Assembly (NCBI RefSeq): GCF_001194135.2
Contig: NC_069002.1
Span: forward strand, 33,991,049 to 34,055,048
Source of the DNA: Octopus bimaculoides
Taxonomy: Eukaryota
Length of the DNA stretch: 64,000 nucleotides
Reading direction: 5' to 3'
Shown here: one piece after another, positions 1 to 11,479 of the stretch
Layout of the letters: each line of letters begins with the position of its first letter
How positions within the stretch are numbered: the stretch's first letter is position 1
The notes under the pieces: model-generated
What the model saw: only the letters and a program-made list of their open reading frames with translations
Database searches by the model: none
Told to the model about the DNA's origin: nothing
Made by a program: the position numbers and the translations under genes

Positions 1-125
1 TCGACTAAAACCTTTTGAGCGGATTTGGATGACGGAAACTGAAAGAAGCCTGTCGTATTTATATTCATATAAGCAGACCGATAAAATAAGTACTAGGCTT
101 GCGCTACAGTCAAATGACTGAAAAT
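1..125 (+). mobile_element. SINE family A (tRNA-derived, internal TA/TG microsatellite), truncated fragment
   Basis: Contains GGATTTGG..GACGGAAACTGAAAGAAGCC, GACCGATA.AATAAGTACTAGGCTT and the CAGTCAAATGACTGAAA tail shared with full copies at 27520-28017, 53581-54000 and 59589-60004. Confidence 0.75.
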
Positions 126-245
126 ATATAAACATATAGATGAATACATGTGTGTATATGTTATTTGTCAAACTATTATGCGTTTATACTACATTCTGAT
201 ATATCGGTTTTTAGAGGTCGGTATTCACAATCACATGCGAATATG

Positions 246-247
<2 letters not shown>

Positions 248-325
<78 letters not shown>
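248..325. repeat. (TA)n microsatellite, representative of dozens in the window
   Basis: Directly visible. Confidence 0.95.
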
Positions 326-330
<5 letters not shown>

Positions 331-499
331 GGTGCAATCGAGCACTCCCATTAATGTATAAATACGCATGCGTGCTGGAGATACCGGAACGGTGTCATGC
401 GCAGCGAGTCGTAGAAGCTAGGTAGAAGAGATGTCGTTGGATAAAATCTTCGTGATTTGAATGGTTAGTGAATAAATATACAGTGAGTCTGCAACTACA
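325..499 (+). mobile_element. Candidate 5' LTR of the Gypsy relic
   Basis: Starts TGTTGTGG, contains TATAAATA and AATAAA, ends ACTACA, and lies about 500 bp upstream of the gag relic. No second LTR or clear PBS seen. Confidence 0.3.
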
Positions 500-992
500 T
501 TGAAACATCATAAAGGTGGTCACAAAGTTTCTAATTCCATGCACTTCACAAACGTGGAGCGACGTTTCGAATTTAGGGCTGCGAAAAATAATATAAAACC
601 ACCGACTTCATTATAGTGAGAAATTCAGTGTTCTTAGTATGGCACACATGCGTTTTGGTGCCAGAGAGTCGGTTAGAAGAGATAAAAGAATACAAGGGTG
701 GATTTTTCATATTGAAAAATTAACTGTAACATAAGAGAAATAACGGATAATATTAAATATGAAGAACTGATTGAAAACTACGGAATAAACATACTGACCC
801 AGAATTCGAAGGACGGAAGTGGCGCTGCTTGAAGTGCGGCAAATAGCTGGGTTTTCATTGTCATTACTATTCATTATATCATACGTATATTTTAATTTTT
901 TTTTCTAATTGTTCTATGTCCACATATGTTTGTTTGCCTCTTTTTTGTCGGCCCCTTGTGGTCCATAAAGAAACAAATTCAGTTTTCTACGT

Positions 993-1660
993 ATGAAAGA
1001 ACTGGTATACTCCGTGGTACAACAGCAACTTCTACAGCAGCAACAAGAACAACAATCAACAACAGCAAACTCAGGAGTTACTTTAATTATTGCCGCTGTC
1101 GAAGAACACGTCAGGTTCATTTTCTGCGGATGGAGGAGCTAATTCGATTGAAGAATTTGTTTATAATTCGGAGAAAGGGGTTACGTTTCCGACATACTTT
1201 AGAAGTTATGAGGAAATATTTACGGAAGAATGTAAAAGTTGGACAGATGAAAAGAATATAAGGCTTCTTTTACGAAAAATATTGTAATTTCATCTTGCCA
1301 AGGAAACCGCCAGAAATTGGTTTCAAGGAAACAACCGAGCGAAGATATTCAGTGAAATGAGTTCATTCTTTAACGTTCGCTAGGAATGACCGAATCTGGA
1401 AAATAATGAAACAGATGACTTTGTCACTTACGCAGGTATCCTAAACAAACAATGTAATATTTAAGCTAAGCGAGTTGACTCCAGACATATTCAAATACTT
1501 AATCTTCGTAAAAAGATTAATTGCGAGTAAAAATGGGAGAAACGAGTTCGAATATTAACAACATTAGAACAAGATACTAAATTAACTTTACAAACAGTGG
1601 TGGAAGAATGCTAAAGTATAATTAATCTAAGACACAGAAGATTAGAAATGGACGATGTAA
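993..1660 (+). mobile_element. Decayed Ty3/Gypsy (K02A2.6-like) gag
   Basis: Stitched across frameshifts and stops: MKELVYSVVQQQLLQQQQ..ANSIEEFVYNSEKGVTFPTYFRSYEEIF..WTDEKNIRLLLRK..KYCNFILPRKP..IFSEMSSFFNVR..DDFVTYAGILNKQC..FKLSELTPDIFKYLIFV..RVRILTTLEQDTKLTLQTVVEEC*SIINLRH. This matches the typical gag N-terminus of this Gypsy group. Confidence 0.75.
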
Positions 1661-1748
1661 ATATACAGGCTTGCCGACCTATAAAGAAACTGGAGAAAAA
1701 ATATGAAAGACCCAAACCGTACTACCCAAGAACCTGTGGATTGGGGAT

Positions 1749-2004
1749 TTGAACCTGAAAGTGTGGGTGGAGGACAGATTATCTGCTCGATTTTCAATAT
1801 ATATGATTGAACGGCAAAACGGTTTCACTGTAACCACTCAACTTCGGGGGTCGAGTGGGCATTCCGCCTCATTATATCATATTTTTCATAATTCATTTGT
1901 TTCTCTTAATTTTGTTTCTTTCTTATGCCTCCTTTATATAATTTTAGTTCCCAGATATTGTGTTTGTACTGTCTATGTTGACCCTTGGTGGGTAATAAAG
2001 AAAT
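1749..2004 (+). mobile_element. 3' end of an L1/Tx1-like LINE
   Basis: Pyrimidine-rich 3'UTR ending CCCTTGGTGGGTAATAAAGAAAT, a tail that recurs at about 950, 2160 and 55900. Weak ORF2 C-terminal resemblance (LNLKVWVEDRLS). Confidence 0.45.
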
Positions 2005-2188
2005 TGGTATTTCGTCTACCGTTACGTTCTGTGTTCAAATTCTGCCGAGGTCGACTTTGCCTTTCATCTTTTTGGGGTCGATAAAGTACCAGTTATGCAC
2101 TGGGGTCGATGTAATCGACTTAATCCTTTGTCTGCACTTGTTTATCCTCTCTATGTTTAGCCCCTTGTGGGCAATTAAGAAATAAGAA
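2005..2188 (+). mobile_element. SINE family B, 5'-truncated, with LINE-like tail
   Basis: B-box-like GTTCAAATTC, core GAGGTCGACTTTGCCTTTCATC..GGGGTCGATAAAGTACCAG..CACTGGGGTCGATGTAATCGACTTAATCC, tail GCCCCTTGTGGGCAATTAAGAAAT. Confidence 0.7.
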
Positions 2189-2189
2189 C

Positions 2190-3050
2190 TCATGAATTTG
2201 TTGGTGAGATCTAGGCCATGATTGACAACAATCCCTCCAAGCCAAATAGGACCAGGGACATGACAGTGTCTGAGTTTCTTATCAGGCAGTTAGTGTATGA
2301 AGACATTCGGTATTCCTCATAGAAGATGAGAATGGACCAATTTTTATCCCAAACCATCAAGGACATGAGGAAAGACCACGTTACGAAGCTTTTGAACTAA
2401 CTGAAGCACCCCTTCAAATCGAACATGATTTGGGGTTTTTTCAGACGCGACAAATTACTAGCAGAACAACCGTTGGTTTGCCGTATCACCAAAGCCTGTA
2501 CCGAGAGTGATAAAAATCAAACATCCAGTCAACATCATGGTGTTTGGGGTGGTCACTAGTGATAGTGACGTTATGCCTCCATTCATATTCCCCCACGACC
2601 TCAGACTTAACACGGAGGCCTACAACAAATACCTGGAGGAGGTAGTGCTATCCCGGGTCAAGAAGGTAGCTGGTGGAAAAAACCTATGTCTGGCAACAGG
2701 ACTCTGCACCATGCCACACAAGCAGGAGAACCCAGTCATGGCTGTCAGGCAATTTCTGCGACCACACCACTCCTAACATCTGGCCACCGAACTCCTCACA
2801 CTGCAACCCCTCTTGATCATTATGTGTGGAGTGCAGTTGGGCGAGAGACCAATAAAACTCCTTGTAACACCAAAGATGAACTGAATGTAAGGATTACGGC
2901 AGCATTCACCAACTTAAATAAGGAGACAGTCCAGAAGAGTTGCAGGAGATTCCGAAGTCGTCAGGGGCTGGTAGTTGATAACAACGGCAATTTTATTGAA
3001 TCAATTTACTCCTTAGTAATTCAAGATGTTTTTATTTATTTATGTATGTA
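2190..3050 (+). mobile_element. Decayed Tc1/mariner-superfamily transposase, DD37D (maT) type
   Basis: FFSD at about 2440; KHPVNIMVFGVVTSDSDVMPPFIFP; VWQQDSAPCHTSRRTQSWLSGNFCDHTTPNIWPPNSSHCNP[+1]LDHYVW has 37 residues between the second and third Asp. Stops and frameshifts present; TIRs not recovered. Confidence 0.85.
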
Positions 3051-3426
3051 CCCAAATGAGTGGATCAACCAAAGAAAAAGGCACTCAACTAATTTGGTAG
3101 TAGTTACGAAATATTATTTTTTAGACAGTTTCATTCGCCTTTATGCGACTTAATGTTTTGCGGGTCCCAAACAGATTTAAATTATCTAATAGAGAAATAC
3201 AGACAGCCCTGTGTTTCTCTATTTGGTTATATTAGCCTGAACGGAACGGGTTCCTGTTAGAGGCAGTGAAACTTTCAGTCGCTTAGAGACGAAAGAAAAA
3301 TGTTTAAATAATTCTGTATATTATACATGGACTTCCATCATATCGCGGTGGATACAATATAAATTTCTGGTCTATTCCCAAGAGTAGAAAGATTTATTAA
3401 AATAAGCGAAAGACAAGCTATACAAA

Positions 3427-3467
<41 letters not shown>

Positions 3468-3544
3468 CCAATTCTGCTATCGAACATGTTTGTGTTTCGT
3501 TTTTGCCGAACGACCTTCACAAATTATTTGTTTATAGTAATATG

Positions 3545-3750
3545 TTCTTACCACACGTTAGCATATTCTCTCTATCAAATCGACGTTGTCTGAACATGTG
3601 ATTAGTGTACCACGCGTCAGGTGCCGACGTGATGACAGAGCAACACGAGATGAATAGTTTTGATCATGAACACAGCGCACCACCCGACTGGGAATTGAAC
3701 TCACGATCTAGTGATCATAACATCCCAATCACAAGGCTATGCGCTCTACA
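3545..3750 (-). mobile_element. Degenerate tRNA-derived SINE (family C)
   Basis: Minus strand has A/B-box-like segments (GTGAGTTCAATTCCC) followed by GGGTGGTGCGCTGTGTTC..ATCAAAAC..TTCATCTCGTGTTGCTC. Confidence 0.5.
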
Positions 3751-3903
3751 CAAACACACGCAGGAAAGGACACACACACACACACACATTTATGAATTAT
3801 ATCTAAAGATATATATAATAAGTCTAAGGGTAGCAAAAAATTAAAAAAATTAATTACTACCACTGGTGTAGCGAGAAGAAAATTTGTCAACAGACTATAT
3901 ATT

Positions 3904-4171
3904 ATTCATGTAAAATAGTGTACATCTAATACACGTTAGAGATGACCATAAATGGCATCTAACCCGCTAGAAAGAGCAGCCAAGTATCTACACCACAAAA
4001 TAGGGATAATTTCGAAAAGGAATGAAAAATAATAACAGTTACCATCTATATTTCAAACCAGGTTTCAAGTTATTTTAGCAAAATAAACTGCTCTTTGGCT
4101 GCTCTTTCTAGCGGGTTAGATGCCCTTTATGGGCATCTCTAATGTGTATTAAATGTACACTATTTTACATG

Positions 4172-4174
<3 letters not shown>
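3904..4174. mobile_element. MITE / foldback element with 80-bp terminal inverted repeats
   Basis: 3904-3983 is the reverse complement of 4095-4174 with 4 mismatches; 111-bp spacer; TA-rich flanks. Confidence 0.8.
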
Positions 4175-4215
<41 letters not shown>

Positions 4216-4653
4216 ATGATGTATTTGTGACACAAGATGGTATTAACACAAAGTGACAACGAATCACAGAAAAGAAAGCTTAGGAAATAACCTATTTTAA
4301 AATGTTGCCATCGCGGGTTGACTACTTCATCACTTAGAAACTTAATTACCAGCTAATTATATCGCACAAAAATGTATATCGATTTCGAATGACATAATTA
4401 ATTAAGGGGTAATTTACAACTTGAAAACATTTTAATGAACAAGAAAATATAGATGTAAATGAATGATTATGTGTTTACGATTAATATTAGCTAATTCAGT
4501 ACAAAAATTATATGTACAACTTTAACGTAATTTAATATTATTCCTGTTAAACATATTAGAATATTTATGAAGTTTCGCAGAAATAGGTAGCAATAACATG
4601 TATACAAGACAAAATATTCAATTGTACAATTAAATTTATACATACATATTTAT

Positions 4654-4726
<73 letters not shown>

Positions 4727-5096
4727 CGTACACTCAGTCACACGCACGCACATACATATATATATATGCCTGTATAATGAAGACGCAAGTTATTATAGCT
4801 ATATTAGGAAGCGTCTTGTGTTGTAATAGTGATGTCATAGTTATTGTGGTATTTATGATAGTAATTGTGGAAATGTTGATAGTAGTAATTGTCTGTAATT
4901 CAGGCAGAATTCCTGCAAGTTTTAAGGTATAGTGTTATACAAAGTTCCGATCTTGGTATTTGAGTATCACTTTATCAATGGTGAAAGGGTGAATGACGAA
5001 GCTAACCGTGAAGCCTTTTTATTTTCCTAATCTGTTTCCTGCAAATCCAACAGTTTACAAGTACTACTATAACTTCTACTACCACTGATGATGATG

Positions 5097-5134
<38 letters not shown>

Positions 5135-5135
<1 letters not shown>

Positions 5136-5350
5136 TCCTTTTCTATTAGATACAAGGCCTGAAATTTGCGGGGATGGGATTAGTTAATTATACCGACCCC
5201 AGTGAAACGCTGGTACGTAATTCATCGACCACGAAATGATGATAGGCAAAGTCTACTCCGGCGGAATTTGAACTCAGAACGTGACGGCAGGTGAAATACC
5301 TCCAAGCGTTTCGCCCAACATGATGACAATTCTGCTAGCTCGCCGCCTTC
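5135..5350 (-). mobile_element. SINE family B with (ATT)n tail
   Basis: Minus head GGCGGCGAGCTAGCAGAA, B box GAGTTCAAATTCC, core CACTGGGGTCGG, tail AAATTTCAGGCCTTGT..GAAAAGGATA followed by (TTA)n. Confidence 0.75.
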
Positions 5351-5364
5351 CTACTAAGAGCAAA

Positions 5365-5490
5365 AATATTCCTTTGTATTATAAGCACAAAGCCTGAAAT
5401 TGTGCTGGAGTGGGAAACGATCACATCGCCTGCAGTGTTCAACTGGTTATTATATGATCGAGCCTAAAGAGATGGAAGGCAAAATCGACC
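5365..5490 (-). mobile_element. SINE family B, partial
   Basis: Same core (GAGGTCGATTTTGCCTTCCATC) and tail (AATTTCAGGCTTTGTGC) as the adjacent copy. Confidence 0.55.
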
Positions 5491-5889
5491 TCTGCCGGTT
5501 TCGCTCCCAGTTCGAAGGAATGCCACAGAAACATTTTTTGTGGGTACTCTCTAAGAAATAAGAAACATAAAGCCAATTTAGCAAGGCGCTAGTGATACAC
5601 CACAGCTTTAATTAAAACAATATACAATTCGCACAATTGCACGCAAAGAATAAAATATTTTCAACTTATTAGATTGTTAAATATCGAAATAGAATATACT
5701 TTCAGAGAAGTCGAGACACCGCTCAGGAATCGTGACGGATAGCACCCCCGTAAATGGTGACAATATGTAAACAGCCAATACCAGCTTCAACACCCATGGA
5801 CCAGCGAAGCATTGTCTACGTAATGTATTGAAGTATTGCCTGCAATTCATACGCTTGCTTGCTTCGACTTCATGTTCTTGTTTGATGGT

Positions 5890-6180
5890 GTTGGGTTCAT
5901 CCTAATTTAGTGGTCCCAGAGACAACTATCATGCGTAGAGCCGAATAGGTTTTCCAGTGCTCTCCATCACTGCTAGCTCCGTGCAAGTACCGCTGCATCC
6001 TGGAGATCTTGTCCAATCTCGTCCACTCATCGGGTTCCATCACACAGATGCGTTGAATGAAACTAAAGTAAAGTATTTCATAAGAACATTTAATGCTATA
6101 ATCTTGTTTCGTTTTTCCTTGGGCCGTTTATTCGGTTTCCATGACATGTAATTGACTGTGATCACAGCCTTCCATCTGAA
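5890..6180 (-). mobile_element. RTE-type LINE 3' end relic
   Basis: Minus frames give MSWKPNKRPKEKR and TR*VDEIGQDLQDAAVLARS*Q*WRAL, resembling the RTE C-terminal RW.D.I..DL....LA.DR..WR motif. Confidence 0.5.
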
Positions 6181-6214
6181 CTGGGCGTTGCCAGATCAAG
6201 GCCAAGCATCTTGA

Positions 6215-6340
6215 AGGAAAGTAACAAGTCGATTACATTGACGAGATTACCTCTCTAGTACTTGTTTATTCGAAACCGATGAGATGAAATGCAAATTTGA
6301 TACCTGCAGTATTTGAACCCAGAACGTGAAGTGTCGGGAG
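6215..6340 (-). mobile_element. SINE family B, partial
   Basis: Minus GGGTTCAAATAC..CAGGTATCAAATTTGCATTTCATC..TTTCGAATAAACAAGTACTAG..GTCAATGTAATCGACTT. Confidence 0.5.
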
Positions 6341-7375
6341 ATCTGCTAGGGAATTTGACAGCAGGAAGTCTTATATCATCTTGGAAAGTCAGGATGGTCA
6401 ACTGCGCAATACCGTTTTTATGATACGTCTGTAAGATTAGAGTTGCATTTGTACTGAACCATATCGACGGCAGTAAAGAACAGCTACTAAATAAACTCCA
6501 GCAACGGCCGCAAAACATATGGCATGACGGCCACAACATCACTACCAGGACCTAGAGATAATAAACCAACACCACACATCACCAGCAATAATGAATTGCC
6601 TTTGCTTTCAAAAACAAAGAAAACAACTCCAAGAAGCGCCTTCAAAACTGTGGCGTGATGACCACAAGATTTAGAGACAATAACGAATACTACATGAATG
6701 CAAACATCAACAGGATAACATCAACTGCAACAACACATAACAACAACAACAAAAACAGCAGCAGCAGCAAGTATAATTAGGAAAACCACCGAATAACAGG
6801 ATAAACATTAAGAGTTAAACAAGATCTAATACCAACACCCACGACAGTAAAAACAATAACGAAAGCATAAAAACAACAGCAACAACAAAAACTGCATTAA
6901 CATCATTTAAATACAACAATCGTAACAAAAAACAAACAAACAACTCAGTAACAATATTCCCGTGTAACCAAACATATTATTAAAGTTTTAGGCTAGAGCA
7001 GGTATTTTCTGTGGATATTTAGCAATAATGTCAGATTCGACAGACGTGTATATACAAGATGTAATCCACCGCATCGTTTCGATTGTTTTGCCTTGGAGAA
7101 ACTGTTATTTTTTCTTGTACAGAAAAAACGTGATTTTTTTTTCTGGACGTTTTACGTGAAGGATAATACTTTCTATTTTTTTTAGTTTTATTTTACAGAA
7201 GACTGACTTCGGTATTTTTTGCTTGTTTTATAATTTATATTAGTTTAGTTGATTACAATTGGTAGAGACAGGAATCTTGTGGTTCTACTCTTTAAGACAA
7301 GCAAACCCGGGAAGCAAACTGAATACTAAACAGTTAATAACAGATTTGTGATCGTATGTAAATGAGTGTGTGCGC

Positions 7376-7420
<45 letters not shown>

Positions 7421-7510
7421 CGTGTGCGTGTATATATGTATGAATGTACGTATATATGAAAGTATATATATATGTAGACAACAAACAGAAAATACGACAT
7501 ATATACGTGC

Positions 7511-7541
<31 letters not shown>

Positions 7542-7551
7542 NNNNNNNNNN

Positions 7552-7585
<34 letters not shown>

Positions 7586-7611
7586 TTAAAAAAAGTGTAG
7601 TAAATAGACAT

Positions 7612-8146
7612 GAATATATACTAAATACACAGACGAACAGAAAACGCAAAAGGTTACCAACTTCTCTTCAGTTATCGGCCAGAGGGTCAAAGCGCAACTT
7701 CGGCCATTATCGAAAAAACTTGCCTGGGATGGGGCCAAAACACATCGAGACGCGACGGTGTCGAGACGAGACCGTCATTCAATGGACGAGGGGCTAAGCA
7801 AGAAACCGAATAAAAAGATTCGGGCCACACGAAAACAACAATTATACAGCAAAAATGCCTTAGAGCTACAAGACAAGTAACGTGAGGGAGAAATGAAAAG
7901 TATCCTAAAGGACTATAAACTCGGGACGGCTAGAGTGTAGCGCTCAGAAAATCGTGACCTGTAAGGTCTGGATTTTCTGAGTTCCTCGAGTATCTGAGCC
8001 CACCTCGTCTTATGTTTTGGTCCCATTACCGGTAAGTGTCTTACCCGCGCCCCCAGAGTGGAATCGATATTATCGATAAAAGCCGATAACTGAAGAAGAG
8101 TTGGTGACATGTGTTTTCTGTTTGAATGTATATTTAGTATATATTC
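7612..8146. repeat. Diverged inverted repeat pair
   Basis: 7612-7679 matches the reverse complement of 8082-8146 (GAATATATACTAAATA..AACAGAAAAC..CCAACT..CTTCAGTTATCGGC); a second block pairs about 7719-7752 with about 8010-8042. Confidence 0.6.
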
Positions 8147-8613
8147 GTATGTTAATTTATTACACTCTTTTTTTAAAATTATACATACATACATACATAC
8201 ATAGCAAATGTGAGACGGAAGATGGAATATACAATAATTTATTATTAATCACTACAATTGTCTCGACGCACCTAGCATCGATCCCTCGTGTAGGACATTC
8301 AACAACTGGTTCAAGAGCATCCAGTCGTGCAGATGTATCTCGTCGGGTGATAAATATACACAACTCGTTAAAATAATAGTTCTGCAATGTAACTTCTCGT
8401 TTTATAGAAAGAAAAGCAGCCAGACGGAGGAAATCTCTTCATTTATATAGGAGACCCACAATAAAATCACAGACGGCAAAAAGAGAAATGAACATGCAAT
8501 CCAGCGAGAAAAGTATATATACACACAACACAAGTGTGTCATATTTTCCGTTTGTTGTCTTTTATTTAATCCTGAAAATATTTATGTACCGTAAGCACTG
8601 ATTAACTTTTTAC

Positions 8614-8649
<36 letters not shown>

Positions 8650-8653
<4 letters not shown>

Positions 8654-8830
8654 CGTGTGATAGTAGCGTGTCTGTCAATATGTGTGCCTATGTCTTCGTT
8701 ACTGGGTGACAACCGTTGTTTCAGTCCCCGCAAATGATAATGCAACAGCACTGGAATATTTTCGGATAATAGAAAATCTTCAAGGAGGTCCCCTGGCATG
8801 GCCAGAGTCTGAGGCTGAAACAAGTAAAGG
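8650..8830 (+). mobile_element. SINE family A, degenerate 3' half
   Basis: TGACAACCG..GTCCCCG..GCATGGCCAGAGTC..GCTGAAACAAGTAAA tail. Confidence 0.5.
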
Positions 8831-8909
8831 TAAATTATAAAAGAAATTTATAAACACATGTTTATATATACATAGCCATATCTCTACACATGCACACATA
8901 TCCTTATAC

Positions 8910-8940
<31 letters not shown>

Positions 8941-10084
8941 NNNNNNNNNNNNNNNNNNNNNNNNNNNNNNNNNNNNNNNNATATATGCTCAATATTTACA
9001 CATGATACTCACACACGCGCACACACATATGTAATACATATATTGATGATCAAGTAGTTTGTGGTAGACTAGTAGTGCCTACGTTTAGAAGACTTTCCGA
9101 AATGGATAGTCAAGTAATTCTACTGAGCCATTGGTTTTGCTCCAAAATATAAATGACAAAACCTTTTTTCTCTTATCTTTCAAGGGAACAATAATTGGTC
9201 TACTCCATATAGAATGTAACAATTTTCTAAATCTACAGATGCTGTCCCTTATATTCTGAGACAGAAAAAAACGTAATTTAAACATCGTATGTACTGATTA
9301 CAGTGGGGTTAAAAATATGTTTTTGCTATAATCGCACACCTGAACATGTTGTATTGTCTCTATTTATAAGCAGCCCGTTGTATTGTATATACTTGAAAAT
9401 AGAAGAAAAAAAAAATAACATATTTGAGGTTATTTTTACCATTTTGCTATTACGGCTTTGTATAAGCAAGGTAACAGGGATATGATTTTAAATTGCAGCA
9501 TTTTCTAAACTGAAATGATTTTAATATTACCAGAGTAAATAAGACGTCATGCATACAAGAAACAATATATTTTGTAAATGTTTATTTAAAGTATAATAGC
9601 AGCTACATAGAAGAGAAAATTAAAGAAAGATCTGTCAGAGATTATCAACGAGAATATTCCAACATTTTCGTATATACTACTCTTTCATTTTAATTGTCTT
9701 CACATATTTTTATTTTCGTTTACCTTTCCCTCATGCTTTCTGTTTTGGCTGAGAGAGAGAGAGAGAGACAAAAAGAAAGAAAAAATGAGTACCGTCGTAA
9801 GCTGTGTTTATCATCATTTGGAATAACTATGTTATCTAGTTTGGCTACATTTTTCTCAGTAGACATTGTACGACTCACTTTCTCGCATTCCACACCTGTT
9901 TTTACATTAAAAATGAAATATTGCAGTACATTTATAGTACATTTTGAACGTAAATGACTATCATTGTATACCTGCTTCACTCTTATCCAACTGCATTTAG
10001 AATTAATTCAATATTTATTCTAGCTACTTATCGGAAAATATTAATTCTGTTGTGTTTTCCTTGGCGTGTATAAGCAATCAGATG

Positions 10085-10510
10085 TTTTCGATCGGTTTAC
10101 ACAACCGAGGCTGTGTGGTAAGAAGTTTGCTTCTCAAAGACATGGTTCCAGGTTCAATCAAAGTGCATGGAACCATGGGCAAGTGTTTTCTGCTAGAACA
10201 CCGAGCCGACCAACATCTCCCTAGTTGATTTGGTAGACAGAAATAGCCTTATATATATATACATATACATATATGTGTGTGTGTGTGTGGGGGGGATCTT
10301 TGTGTCTGTTTCTTGCCCCGACCCCACCAACACTGGACAACGGTTTCGGTTTGTTTGCGTCCCCGTTACATTATGGTTCGACAAATGATGCTGATAGAAT
10401 AAGTACCAGATTTATTGGCGTTGATTCATTCATTTGACTGAAAATTCAATGTGCTGCCCCAGCATGGCCGCAGTCTAATGACTGAAGCTAAAATCTAAAA
10501 GACAAGAACA
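10085..10510 (+). mobile_element. SINE family A, near full length, diverged
   Basis: Head GGCTGTGTGGTAAGAAGTTTGCTT..CATGGTTCCAGGTTCA, internal TA/TG tract, tail CCCCAGCATGGCCGCAGTC.AATGACTGAA. Confidence 0.75.
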
Positions 10511-10896
10511 CTGCAAAACAACTATTGGCGTGCTTGTTTGCTTTAGCTGACTCGTTAATAGTTCCGTGTATGTCAAATATATATATTACTGATAGTATGT
10601 GTCACACTTCCGTTCTTTCCTTTGAAATTTAAGCTGTACACGTTATAAGCTAGAATATATAAATCGACTGTAGTCTGACATAGATGATGCATAGAAAAGT
10701 GTTTCATAATCATTTTGGTTCATTTTGTTTGTCTTTTTCTCTTCTTACTGTTTGTATTATCGTTGGAATCAAAGTAAAAAATTTGTTTAAGTAGACCGTC
10801 TGATGAAAAGCAGTACCTTCACTCATTTTCTGGTTATCTTAATCCTGTATGCAAACTAAATTTGTGTCTCCGCTTTCTCAATAGAAATCTCTTCAA

Positions 10897-10934
<38 letters not shown>

Positions 10935-11479
10935 AATAAGAAATAGAAAGTGCTTCTTACTATTTCGTATATTTGTAAAAAAAAAAAATGAATAGAAATG
11001 GCTCTTTTGATAATTTCCCCACTTTAATAATTAGATTTTTATAAATTATTTGGTGTTTACAAATGGTTGTATACAAATGTTAACTTGTTATCAGCTTCTC
11101 GCTTAAAAGCGGTTTTCAATCTGATAGTTTAGTGTTGGTTATCCACTGTGTTTAGGGTTGTTTAACAACAAACATACGCTCACATGCATACATATGCACG
11201 CACAGGTACACATCCACATATGTATACGTAAGGACGAGCTATTATATGCATACATGGAGATTATGCATTTATATACGTGTGTAAGCGTGGGGTATGTATA
11301 TAGGTAAATTAGTTTCCATATTTCATAAATTAATAATGCACAACTTTTATCTAAATCTTTCATCAAATCAAATCATCTAAACCATTATAATACAAGACAT
11401 TATATATAAAACTAGCGACAATCCATAACAATTTCAGATTGTGTCTACGCTTACTCAGCCGTAACAACAATGGAGGTGA

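Noticed and set aside
5890-6067. Apparent exon FIQRICVMEPDEWTRLDKISRMQRYLHGASSDGEHWKTY with a discoidin-like SDG..W look
   Set aside because: Motif spacing does not fit F5/8 type C, and another frame of the same bases gives the RTE C-terminal motif with stops
9085-9285. Minus segment with a good acceptor (9256) and a GTAGG donor (about 9082)
   Set aside because: All three frames contain stops before the donor; no homology recognised
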